From the NCBI GenBank assembly GCA_965204755.1, contig OZ242011.1, positions 3,392,001 through 3,456,000 on the forward strand: 64,000 bases of DNA. Direction: 5' to 3'. The DNA is from Candidatus Marinacidobacterium sp. (lineage in GTDB: Bacteria > Acidobacteriota > Vicinamibacteria > Marinacidobacterales > Marinacidobacteraceae). A model generated the notes under the pieces. The model was not told where the DNA came from. It made no database searches and worked only from the letters and a program-made list of their open reading frames with translations. The stretch's first letter is position 1. Each line of letters starts with the position of its first letter. Positions 38,261-47,007 of the stretch are shown here, piece by piece. The position numbers and the translations under genes were made by a program.

Positions 38261-39139
38261 TCAGCGGCCGGACGGGTTCGCTACGCCGTTCGTCGAGCGG
38301 GCGAGGATCTCCCGGATCCGCTCCCGGGCCGCCGCGGTGAACGCGCTCTGCGGGTGGTCGTCCACGATCTTCCGGTAGTGGACGAGCGCCTCGCTCTGCC
38401 GCCCGCAGTCGGTCAGCGCAGTTCCCAGGCGGTGCAGCACTTCGGGCAGGCGCTCGAATCCGGGGTAGGTCGCGACGATGGTCTCGAGGCGGGGGATCGC
38501 GCCCCGGCACCACTTCCGGTGGTCCTGGTAGAACTCGGCCTTGAGCAGGATCGAGGTGGCGAGGTCGTCCTCGCACTCCGCGAGTTGCCGCCGCGCCTCG
38601 TCGGCGTAACTGGAATTCGGGTAGAGGTCGAGCAGTTTGCGGAACTCTTCGGCGGCGAGCCGGGTCTCCTCCTGGTCGCGGTCGGCGGACCGGCGGCGTT
38701 CGAAGTGCCCGTCCGCGATCCGGAACTGCGCGTAGTCGGCCCGGGGATGGTTCGGGAAGAAGGTGAGGTAGTCCCGGTACTCGGAGGCGGCGAGGAGCGC
38801 GTTCTGGGCGCCCCGCTGGTTCGCGTAGGTGTCCGCGATCCCGAGCCGGGCGTCGCCGGCGAACTGGCTCCGGGGGTAGGTGTCCAGCAACTGGCGGAAC
38901 CAGGTGCGCGCCGTTTCCCAGTCCCGGTCTTCGAGGCTCTGCGCGCCGAGCGCGAGCAGCCGCCGGTCGGCCTGCGCGCCGGTCGGCGTTTCCCGCGCCG
39001 CGCCGGAGCGGCAGGCCGCGGCGGTGAGCCCCCCGGCGGCGAGGAGTCCGACCGCGAGTCTGACGGCGAGTCCGGTAGGGGGGAGTCCGGACGCGGCCGG
39101 CCCCGGCGTCGGGCGTGAGGGACGGCGGGCGGCGGGCAT
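38261..39139 (-). CDS. bamD: Outer membrane protein assembly factor BamD
   Basis: Lipoprotein signal (AAAC); TPRs; FPNHPRADYAQF, DRDQ, YPNSSYA. Confidence 0.9.
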   Translation of the reverse strand: MPAARRPSRPTPGPAASGLPPTGLAVRLAVGLLAAGGLTAAACRSGAARETPTGAQADRRLLALGAQSLEDRDWETARTWFRQLLDTYPRSQFAGDARLGIADTYANQRGAQNALLAASEYRDYLTFFPNHPRADYAQFRIADGHFERRRSADRDQEETRLAAEEFRKLLDLYPNSSYADEARRQLAECEDDLATSILLKAEFYQDHRKWCRGAIPRLETIVATYPGFERLPEVLHRLGTALTDCGRQSEALVHYRKIVDDHPQSAFTAAARERIREILARSTNGVANPSGR

Positions 39140-39249
39140 GAAGGGGAGGCGTCAGGCCTCGTCGCGGAAACGAGCCCTCGGCGAGGCGAAATCGTAGCGC
39201 CGGGTACGGGGCCCGGGGCCCGGCGGGCGCGGCGCCGGCGCGCGCCGGT

Positions 39250-39912
39250 TCAGGCTTCCAGGAGGTCGCGGACCGCGCGGCCCGGATCGGCGGCGCCGAA
39301 GACCGCGGAACCGGCCACGACCACATCGGCGCCCGCCTCCCGCGCGGCGGGCACGCGGGACGCGTTCATCCCCCCGTCCACCACGATCTCCAGTTCCGGG
39401 CGCACCCGGTCGGCGATCTCGCGGACCCGCCGGATCCGCTCCATGCCGCCGGCGATGAACGGCTGTCCGCCCCACCCCGGATTGACGGTCATGACCAGCG
39501 CGTAGTCCGAGGCGGCGATGGCCTCCTCCACCCAGGCGAGCGGAGTCAGCGGACTGATCGCGAGGCCCGGCCGCGCTCCCCCTTCGCGGATGTCGCCGAG
39601 CGTCTTGTGGAGGTGGGGCGCGGTCTCCGGGTGGACGGCGACCGCGTTCGCCCCGGCCTCGATGTAGTCGGCGACCCGCTCGGCGGGATTCCCGATCATC
39701 AGGTGCACATCGAGGTCGAGGTCGGTGCAGCGGCGCACCGCGGCCACCACCAGCGGCCCGAAGGTCAGGTTCGGCACGAAGTGCCCGTCCATCACATCGA
39801 GGTGAAGCCGGTCGGCCCCCGCCTCCTGCACCACCCGGATCTCCTCGGCCAGCCGGGTGAAGTCCGCCGAGAGGAGCGACGGGGCGACGCGCAGCCGCCG
39901 GTCCCCGTTCAC
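39250..39912 (-). CDS. rpe: Ribulose-phosphate 3-epimerase
   Basis: APSLLSADF, HLDVMDGHFVPNLTFG, MTVNPGWGGQ, VDGG; GTGA overlap. Confidence 0.96.
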   Translation of the reverse strand: MNGDRRLRVAPSLLSADFTRLAEEIRVVQEAGADRLHLDVMDGHFVPNLTFGPLVVAAVRRCTDLDLDVHLMIGNPAERVADYIEAGANAVAVHPETAPHLHKTLGDIREGGARPGLAISPLTPLAWVEEAIAASDYALVMTVNPGWGGQPFIAGGMERIRRVREIADRVRPELEIVVDGGMNASRVPAAREAGADVVVAGSAVFGAADPGRAVRDLLEA

Positions 39913-40727
39913 CGGCTGAGCGTCAGGACGATCCCGTCCTCGTTGGTCACCTTCCGCCCGGCCTGCGGCGACTGGCGGACGACCACCCCCGGCGACTGGC
40001 CCGGGTAGTCCCCGCTGCGCACTTCCCGGACGCGCACCGGCGCCCGGCTGAGTTCGTCGGCGATCTCCCCGTACCGGCGGCCGATGAGGTCCGGCATCAC
40101 GAACGCCGCCGGCGCCGGCCCGGTGGAGAGGAGCACGGAGACGGCCGCGCCCGGGGCCGCGTCGGAATAGGCCGCCGGGGACTGCGCGAGCACCCGGCCC
40201 CGGAGGTAGTAGCCGCTCTCGACTTCGGAGACCCGGCCGACGACCAACTCCGCCGCTTCGAGTTGCCGGCGGGCCTCGGTGAGCGTGCTCCCCTCGAGCC
40301 GGGGCACCCGGCGCCGGGTGGGGCCGAGGCTGGGGAACACCTGGACGGCCCGCCCCCGCTTGAACACGGTGCCCGGCGGCGGCTGCTGGAACACGATCCG
40401 CCCCTCCGGGATGTCGTCGTGGAACCGGCTCCCGGCCTCGGTCAGCCGGAGCCCGGACACCGCGAGCAGCCGCCGCGCCGGCTCGACCTCGAACCCGGTC
40501 AGGTCCGGCACTTCCGGGTCCACCGTCCGGGCGGCCAGCAGGAAGGTGAGCGTCGCCGCCCCGGCGACCGTGGCGACGAGCCCGAACACCGTGAGCAGGA
40601 ACCGGAACCCGCGCGAGATCCGGGAGCGCGGCGCCTCTTCGGCGGCGGCGCTCCGACGGGCCTTCCCGCCGCCCCCGGGGGCGGCGGCAGCCGTCGCCCG
40701 GCGGCGGATGCGGACCCGAAGCGCCAA
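39909..40727 (-). CDS. Membrane-anchored PASTA-domain protein (3 PASTA repeats, no kinase domain)
   Basis: One TM helix, then VPDLTG, VPRLEG and MPDLIG repeats with QxP motifs. Confidence 0.88.
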   Translation of the reverse strand: MALRVRIRRRATAAAAPGGGGKARRSAAAEEAPRSRISRGFRFLLTVFGLVATVAGAATLTFLLAARTVDPEVPDLTGFEVEPARRLLAVSGLRLTEAGSRFHDDIPEGRIVFQQPPPGTVFKRGRAVQVFPSLGPTRRRVPRLEGSTLTEARRQLEAAELVVGRVSEVESGYYLRGRVLAQSPAAYSDAAPGAAVSVLLSTGPAPAAFVMPDLIGRRYGEIADELSRAPVRVREVRSGDYPGQSPGVVVRQSPQAGRKVTNEDGIVLTLSR

Positions 40728-40878
40728 CGAACGACCCTCGCCGCCAAGTGTAGTAGCGAATCGGGGGGCGATGGCGCCGGCGTTCCCGCCCGCCTGCCGA
40801 TCCGGCTACCGTTCGCCCGGCGCGGGGGCTGTCGGTGCGTCGCCGGCGGCGAACCTCCGGGCGCCGGGCAAGTGAGAA

Positions 40879-42525
40879 GTGATCCGCGAGATCCGGATTC
40901 GGGGCTTCAAGCGCTACGCGGACGCCCGCTTTCGGCTGCCGGAGCAGGTCGTGCTCGCCGGGCCGAACGACACCGGGAAGACGACGGTGCTGCAGGCGAT
41001 CGCTTCGTGGGCGTTCGCGTTTCGCCGCTGGCGGCGCGTCGTCGAGAGCGTCGAGCGGGGGCCGGACGGTTACGCCCTCGCGCCGATCTCGCGGCCGGCC
41101 TTCGCCGTGGCGCCGCTCCGGGGTTTCGACCAACTCTGGAAGGATCGGGACTATCGGGGCGTGGTGGAAATCACCCTTCGGCGTGACGACTGGACGGTCG
41201 CGATGGAGTTCCACGCCGACAGCGCCGAGCAGGTGTATGTCCGGCCCGCGGCGGAGGCGGCGCCGGCGCTCCTGGAAGCCCTGGACCTTCCCGTGATCTT
41301 CGCCCGCCCGGTGAGCGGGCTCGTGGCCGCGGAGCCGGAGTATCGGCGGGCGAAGGTGGACCAACTGCTCGCGCACGGGAGGGCCGGCGAGGCGCTCCGC
41401 AACTCGCTGGTGGAAGCGAGCCGCAGTCCGGCGGCCTGGGAGGCGCTGGGCGAGTCGGTCCGGCGGCTGTTCGGCTACACCTTGCTGCCGCCGGACACCG
41501 ACGGCCTGGATGTCCTCGTGGACTACCGGGAGAGCGACGCCGGCCCGGCGCTCGACATCGCCGGCGCGGGCAGCGGTTTCCACCAGGTCGTGATGCTGCT
41601 GGCGCTCCTCCACTCGCGGCCGGGGTCGGTGCTGCTGCTCGACGAACCGGACGCCCACCTCCACTTCATCCTCCAGGACGGCATCTGGCGGGAGTTGCGG
41701 CGGGTCGCCGCCGCGCAGCGCTCGCAGTTGATCTGCGCGACGCATTCCGAGGTGGTCATTTCGGCCGCCGAACCCCGGGAACTCCTGCTCACCCTCGATC
41801 CGCCCCGGCCGGTCGCCGACGATGTCGAGAAGGGCCGCCTGCTGTCGTCGCTGCGCGCCCTTTCGGGCGCCGACCTGGTGCAGGCGCCGGTCGTTCGCGG
41901 AATCCTCTATGTCGAGGACTACACCGACCTGGACCTGCTGAGCGCCTGGGCGCGCCGACTCGGACACCGGGCTTACGGCCTGCTCGCTGCGGAAATCATG
42001 TGGAAGCCGGTGGTCTTCGAGTCGGAGCGGGGCCGCCCGGGGATTCGTTCCCGCGACCACTACGAGGCGCTGCGCTCGGTCCGCCCGGACATCGCGGGGC
42101 TCGAACTGCGCGACGGCGACGCCCGGGACTCCGCGCGGGAGACCGGGATCTCCGGCGCCGGCCTGCAGCGGCTCCGCTGGCGCCGCTACGAGATCGAGAG
42201 TTACCTGCTGCATCCGGGAGCGCTCGCGCGTTTCGTCGAGAACGAACTCGGCGGGGGCGCTCCCGGCCTCGAGGCGCTTCGCGAGTGGTGGCGCCGGCAG
42301 TTGCCGCCGGCCCTGATCGAGGATCCCTTCGAGGACCACCCGCTGCTTCGGCAGGTGAAGGCGCGTACGGAACTCCTGCCGCCGATGCTCGCCGCCGCGG
42401 GCTTGCCGGACTTTCCTTACACGCGTTACCACGAGATCGCGGCGGCCATGGAACCCGCCGAGATCCACCCGGAGGTCGTCGAGAAACTGGACGCCGTCTG
42501 CCGCGCGTTCGGGGTGGACGCGTAA
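40879..42525 (+). CDS. ABC/AAA ATPase fused to a TOPRIM-like domain (OLD-like), paralog 2
   Basis: GFKRY, GPNDTGKT, LLLDEPDAHLH, ATHS, ILYVEDYTD, RDGD, RYEIESYLL. Confidence 0.82.
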   Translation: MIREIRIRGFKRYADARFRLPEQVVLAGPNDTGKTTVLQAIASWAFAFRRWRRVVESVERGPDGYALAPISRPAFAVAPLRGFDQLWKDRDYRGVVEITLRRDDWTVAMEFHADSAEQVYVRPAAEAAPALLEALDLPVIFARPVSGLVAAEPEYRRAKVDQLLAHGRAGEALRNSLVEASRSPAAWEALGESVRRLFGYTLLPPDTDGLDVLVDYRESDAGPALDIAGAGSGFHQVVMLLALLHSRPGSVLLLDEPDAHLHFILQDGIWRELRRVAAAQRSQLICATHSEVVISAAEPRELLLTLDPPRPVADDVEKGRLLSSLRALSGADLVQAPVVRGILYVEDYTDLDLLSAWARRLGHRAYGLLAAEIMWKPVVFESERGRPGIRSRDHYEALRSVRPDIAGLELRDGDARDSARETGISGAGLQRLRWRRYEIESYLLHPGALARFVENELGGGAPGLEALREWWRRQLPPALIEDPFEDHPLLRQVKARTELLPPMLAAAGLPDFPYTRYHEIAAAMEPAEIHPEVVEKLDAVCRAFGVDA

Positions 42526-42576
42526 ACCGGTCGAGGGGCGTCTCCGCGCTCGCCGGGCGGGGGAGGCCGGCGCGGG

Positions 42577-44280
42577 TTACACGCGGTGGCGGCGGAGGAG
42601 GGCGGCGTAGTAGCCGTCGGTGTCGTGGGCGCCGGGGGGGAGGTGGAGGGCGCCCTCCGAGTCGAGCAGCGGGTGGAGCGGTTCGGGCAGTTGCGCGGCA
42701 AGGTCGGCCGGTTGGAAGGAGGGGTCCTGCTCCCGGAGGGAGGCGGCGACCTCGACGGTCTCCTCCGGCTCCAGAGAGCAGACGGAATAGAGGAGCAGGC
42801 CGCCCGGGGCGACCAGCCGGGCGGCGGCGGCCAGGAGGCGGCGCTGGGTCTTCGCCAGGACGGCGAGGCGCTTCGGCGTCGCGGTCCACTTGATGTCCGG
42901 GTTGCGTGCCAGGGTGCCGAGGCCGCTGCACGGGGCGTCGAGCAGCACGCGGTCGAAGGTTCCCGCCGGGAACGGCGGGCGCCGGGCGTCGGCGGCCAGG
43001 GGGAGCAGGTTCTCCGCCTCCAGGCGCTCCGCGGTCTCCGCGAGGAGGCGGACGCGCGGCGGGCGGAGGTCGGCGGCGAACACCCGCTTCGGCGCCCAGC
43101 GCTCGGCGAGGATCGTGGCCTTGCCTCCCGGCGCGGCGGCGAGGTCGAGGACCCGGCCGCCCTCCGGCAGGAGCCGGCCGATGAGTTGCGAGCCGGCGTC
43201 CTGGAGGTGGATCGCCCCGTCCCGGAAGGGGGCGGCGCCCGTCGGGTTCCCGCGGACGACCCGGAGGCAGCGCGGCGCGAGCGGGGAGGGGACGGTCTCC
43301 ACGCCGTCGGCGCGGAGCGCGCCGCGAACCTCGTCCAGGTCGAACCGGCGGCGGACCCGCAGGAAGCCGGAGGGCGAGCGGTTGTTCGCTTCCAGCGCCT
43401 TCCGCGCTCCTTCGGGGCCCCACCGGGCGACGGCCCGGTCCACCAGCCAGTCCGGGTGGGAGAGGCCGGCCCGCAGGTAGAGGTCCGGGTCGCCGCCGGC
43501 GTGGGGCCAGGGGTGGTCGGCCCGGAGGTAACTCCGCAGGACGGCGTTCACCACGCCCCCGGCGCCGGGCCGGTCCCCGGCGGCGACCAGTGCGACCGAG
43601 TCGTGGACGGCGGCGCGGGAGGGCACCCGATCCTGGTGGCGGAGGCCGTAGAGGCCCATGCGCAGGGCGACCCGCACCCGGGGTTCCAGCCGGGAGAGCG
43701 GGCGGCGGCAGTAGGCCTGCAGCGCGTAGTCCAGCCCGCGCCGGTGGCGCAGCACGCCGAACACCAACTCCCGGGCCAGCGCCCGGTCGTTCTCCGCCGG
43801 GGGCTCGCCCCGCCGGTCCACCAGCCGGGCGATGAGCGCGTCCGGGTGGGGGGAGGGGCCGCGCCGCCGGGCGGCGTTCTCGATCCGCAGCAGCACCGCG
43901 AACGCGGCGCGCCGCGCCGGGGAGGCCTCGCGCGCTGGGCCGGACGCGGGCGGCCGGGGGGAGGAGGCGGCCGGCTTCCCCCCGGCGGGGCGTGCCTTCC
44001 GGGAGGGGGTCTGCTGCCGCGTCCGGCGGCCGCGTCGGTCTTCGGCGGCCGCGTCGTCCCGCTGCCGATCGGGCGGCGGAGCGGGAGCGGCCGTTCCCTC
44101 GGCCGGTCGGGCGGGAGTCGGTCGGGCGGGGGTCGGCCGGACGGTCCGCGGAAAGGGGCCCGGCGAGAGCGCCCGCCGGCCCGGAGCCCCGCCGGCCGGC
44201 GGGGAGAGGACTCCGGCGGGGAACCGCCCGGGGAGTTCGCGCCTTCCGGTCGGGCGGGGAGGTCGGCGCGCTCCCGTCAC
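42577..44280 (-). CDS. rsmB: 16S rRNA m5C967 methyltransferase RsmB/Sun
   Basis: NusB-like N-terminal domain, DLAAAPGGKA, DAPCSGLG, YSVCS; long low-complexity N-terminus so start uncertain. Confidence 0.9.
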   Translation of the reverse strand: MTGARRPPRPTGRRELPGRFPAGVLSPPAGGAPGRRALSPGPFPRTVRPTPARPTPARPAEGTAAPAPPPDRQRDDAAAEDRRGRRTRQQTPSRKARPAGGKPAASSPRPPASGPAREASPARRAAFAVLLRIENAARRRGPSPHPDALIARLVDRRGEPPAENDRALARELVFGVLRHRRGLDYALQAYCRRPLSRLEPRVRVALRMGLYGLRHQDRVPSRAAVHDSVALVAAGDRPGAGGVVNAVLRSYLRADHPWPHAGGDPDLYLRAGLSHPDWLVDRAVARWGPEGARKALEANNRSPSGFLRVRRRFDLDEVRGALRADGVETVPSPLAPRCLRVVRGNPTGAAPFRDGAIHLQDAGSQLIGRLLPEGGRVLDLAAAPGGKATILAERWAPKRVFAADLRPPRVRLLAETAERLEAENLLPLAADARRPPFPAGTFDRVLLDAPCSGLGTLARNPDIKWTATPKRLAVLAKTQRRLLAAAARLVAPGGLLLYSVCSLEPEETVEVAASLREQDPSFQPADLAAQLPEPLHPLLDSEGALHLPPGAHDTDGYYAALLRRHRV

Positions 44281-44287
44281 GGGCCGT

Positions 44288-45217
44288 TCACCCGCGCTCG
44301 GCGAGGACCCGGTGGAGCGTTTCCGGGTCGTCGGTGAGGATGCCGTCCACCCCCCGGTCGAGCAGCCGGCGCATGTCGGCGGGATCGTTGACCGTCCACA
44401 CGACCACCGGCAGCCCCAGGCGCCGGGCGGCGGCCAGGAACGAGGGGGTGACGACGGTGAGCGGGCCGGTGGTTTCGCTCACCAGGAGTGCGTCCGGGCC
44501 GCGCGGCGCCTCCCCGGCGCCGCCTTCCCCGGTCCGGTAGAGCCCCTCGAGGCGCAGCCGCGAAAGGAGGATGAAGGCGGCCGCCTCGAAGAAGGAGGCG
44601 CTGGTCGGGGTCCTCGGGCAGAGACGCCGGAAGCGGTCGAGTTCGGGCCGGGCGAACGATCCGACCAGCGTGCGCTCCTCCCGCCCGGCGGCGCGGATCT
44701 CCCGGCAGAGCGGCTCCGCCGTGCCCTCGGTCTTCAACTCCACCACGAACGGGCGGTCGGGATGCGCCTCCGCGACTTCCCGGAAGGTCGGGACGCGGAC
44801 CGGGGCGCTGCGGTAGGGGAACTCGCCGGAGGCGGCGCGGAAGCGGTGTCCGGCGTTCAGCCGCTTCACCTGTTCCAGGGTCATTCCCGAAACGGGGCCG
44901 CTCCCGTCGGTCGTCCGGTCCACCGTGTCGTCGTGCAGCACGACGAGCGCTCCGTCGGCGGTGGGGCGCACATCCATCTCCAGCACTTCGGCGCCGTTCT
45001 CGACCGCGGCGGCGAAGGCCTCCAGCGTGGACTCGGGAGCGTTGAGCCCTCCTCCCCGGTGGGCGTAGTTGCGGAGCGGTTCGTCGAAGAAGGGGTGCGG
45101 GGGGGACGGCTCCCGCGCGGCGGCGAGGAGCGCCAGGGCGGCGCCGCAGACGGCGGCGAGCGCGAGCAGGCCGAAGAGGATCGAGGCCGAGACCCGGCGG
45201 GCGGCGTGTCCGCTCAC
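44288..45217 (-). CDS. Glycerophosphodiester phosphodiesterase
   Basis: AHRGG, EMDV, LHD.TVDRTT, ELK, WTVND, GILTDDP. Confidence 0.92.
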   Translation of the reverse strand: MSGHAARRVSASILFGLLALAAVCGAALALLAAAREPSPPHPFFDEPLRNYAHRGGGLNAPESTLEAFAAAVENGAEVLEMDVRPTADGALVVLHDDTVDRTTDGSGPVSGMTLEQVKRLNAGHRFRAASGEFPYRSAPVRVPTFREVAEAHPDRPFVVELKTEGTAEPLCREIRAAGREERTLVGSFARPELDRFRRLCPRTPTSASFFEAAAFILLSRLRLEGLYRTGEGGAGEAPRGPDALLVSETTGPLTVVTPSFLAAARRLGLPVVVWTVNDPADMRRLLDRGVDGILTDDPETLHRVLAERG

Positions 45218-46365
45218 GCCGGCGCCCTCTCGCGGGTTGCCGGGGTCGTCTCCCCCGGCGCCTCGGGCGGGCCGACCAGCGCCGCGGCCTCTTCGGCGGC
45301 GGCGAGGCGCGCTTCGCCGGCGGCGGGGCGCGCTTCGCCGCCGGCCCCCGACCCGGAAGTCCCCGACCCCGGGAGCCGGTTTCCCCGAAGGAATTCGGCG
45401 ACCGTCATCCGGCGGCTGCCCGTCGGCTGCACCTCCCGCAGGAGGAGCCGGCCGCCGCCGCAGGCCACTTCGAGCCCCGGGTCGCCGCGCGGGCCGGTCC
45501 TCCGGAGCGTTCCGGGCGGCGCCTCGAAGGGCTCCGATTCGAGCCCGACTTGCGCAACATGGATGCGCAATAGTTCAAGAGATCCGTCAACTCCGGGAAA
45601 GGCGGTGAACGCCACCGGCGCCGGCTGGAAGGCGCGGATGCGCCGCTCGACTTCGACGGCGTCGAGGCGCCAGTCCACCGCGGCGTCGGTCTTCCGCACC
45701 GGCGGGGCTTCGGTGGCCGCCGCTTCGTCCTGCGGGAGGGGCTCGATCTGCATCTCGGCGAGGCCGGCGAGGGTCTCCACCAGCAGGTCGGCGCCGAGGG
45801 GCGCGAGGCGGGCGAGGAGGCTGCCGCCGGTGTCGTCCGGGCGGATGTCCGCCGCGCGGCGCAGGAGGATCGGCCCGGTGTCCAGCCCCTCGTCCATCAG
45901 CATGGTGGTGACCCCGGTGCGTTCGAGGCCGCGGGCGACCGCCCAGACCGCCGGCGCGGCGCCCCGGAGGGAGGGCAGCAGCGAGGCGTGCACATTCACC
46001 GCGCCGAGCGGCGTGGAGTCGAGGAGCGCCGGCGGAAGGATGCGGCCGTAGTCGGCGACCACCAGGCAGTCCGCCCGCAGCCGGGTGACCGCCTCCACCG
46101 CGGCCGGCCGCCGAAGCCCCTTCGGTTCGAGGGCCGGCACGCCGAGTTCGTCGGCGGCCTCGCGGATGCGGCTGGGGCGGGGCCGGTGTCCGCGCCCGGC
46201 CGGGCGCGGCGGCCGGGTCACCGCCGCCGCGATTTCGTGGACGGCGTGGAGCCGCCGGAAGACCGCTTCGGCGAACCCGGAGGTGCCGAAGAAGACCGTC
46301 CGCAGGCGGATCGAGTCGCCGGACGAGTCGCCGGACGGACCGCCGGACGGGCCGCCGCCGCTCAC
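45214..46365 (-). CDS. fmt: Methionyl-tRNA formyltransferase
   Basis: VFFGTSGFA, YGRILP, NVHASLLP.LRGAAP, MDEGLDTG; GTGA overlap with def. Confidence 0.95.
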   Translation of the reverse strand: MSGGGPSGGPSGDSSGDSIRLRTVFFGTSGFAEAVFRRLHAVHEIAAAVTRPPRPAGRGHRPRPSRIREAADELGVPALEPKGLRRPAAVEAVTRLRADCLVVADYGRILPPALLDSTPLGAVNVHASLLPSLRGAAPAVWAVARGLERTGVTTMLMDEGLDTGPILLRRAADIRPDDTGGSLLARLAPLGADLLVETLAGLAEMQIEPLPQDEAAATEAPPVRKTDAAVDWRLDAVEVERRIRAFQPAPVAFTAFPGVDGSLELLRIHVAQVGLESEPFEAPPGTLRRTGPRGDPGLEVACGGGRLLLREVQPTGSRRMTVAEFLRGNRLPGSGTSGSGAGGEARPAAGEARLAAAEEAAALVGPPEAPGETTPATRERAPA

Positions 46366-46874
46366 CAGTCCCCGCGGCGGATCCGGCGGCGCAACTTGCG
46401 GACGATCAGGTCGCGCTTCAGCGCGCCGAGGCGATCCAGGAACAGCCGGCCGTCTATGTGATCCACCTCGTGCTGGAACGCGCGGGCGAGCAGCCCGGTC
46501 CCCTCCATCTCGAACGCCTCGCCGTCGAGCCGTTGGCCCCGGACGCGCACCCACTCCGACCTCCGGGTGACCCCGGAGAAGTCGGGAACGGAGAGGCAGC
46601 CCTCTTCCTCCTGTTGGCGGCCGTCGGTCTCGATGATCTCCGGGTTGGCCATGACGATCAGGTTCCCGTCCTGCTCGCCGGCGGTGATGTCGATGACGAT
46701 GAGCCGCAGGTTGAGCCCGATCTGCGGCGCCGCGAGTCCTACGCCGGGCGCGGCGTACATGGTGGCGACCATGTCGTCCACCAGCGCCTGCCAGTCCTGC
46801 GAGAAGTCCTCGATGGGTTCCGACGGCCGGTGCAGCGGCGCCGCGCCGTAACGCAGGATCGGTCGAACGGGCAC
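46362..46874 (-). CDS. def: Peptide deformylase
   Basis: GVGLAAPQIG, EGCLS, QHEVDH. Confidence 0.97.
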   Translation of the reverse strand: MPVRPILRYGAAPLHRPSEPIEDFSQDWQALVDDMVATMYAAPGVGLAAPQIGLNLRLIVIDITAGEQDGNLIVMANPEIIETDGRQQEEEGCLSVPDFSGVTRRSEWVRVRGQRLDGEAFEMEGTGLLARAFQHEVDHIDGRLFLDRLGALKRDLIVRKLRRRIRRGDW

Positions 46875-47007
46875 GGGAATCGCCGTGAGCGCCCTTGGGG
46901 TGTGCGCGGGAACGGCGGGGGAATTCTACGCGCCGGGGGCGTTCGAGGCTCCGGCTCGGCGGGGCCGACGGCTCGATTTCGTCGGCGGGTTGGTACGATT
47001 CGCGCCG

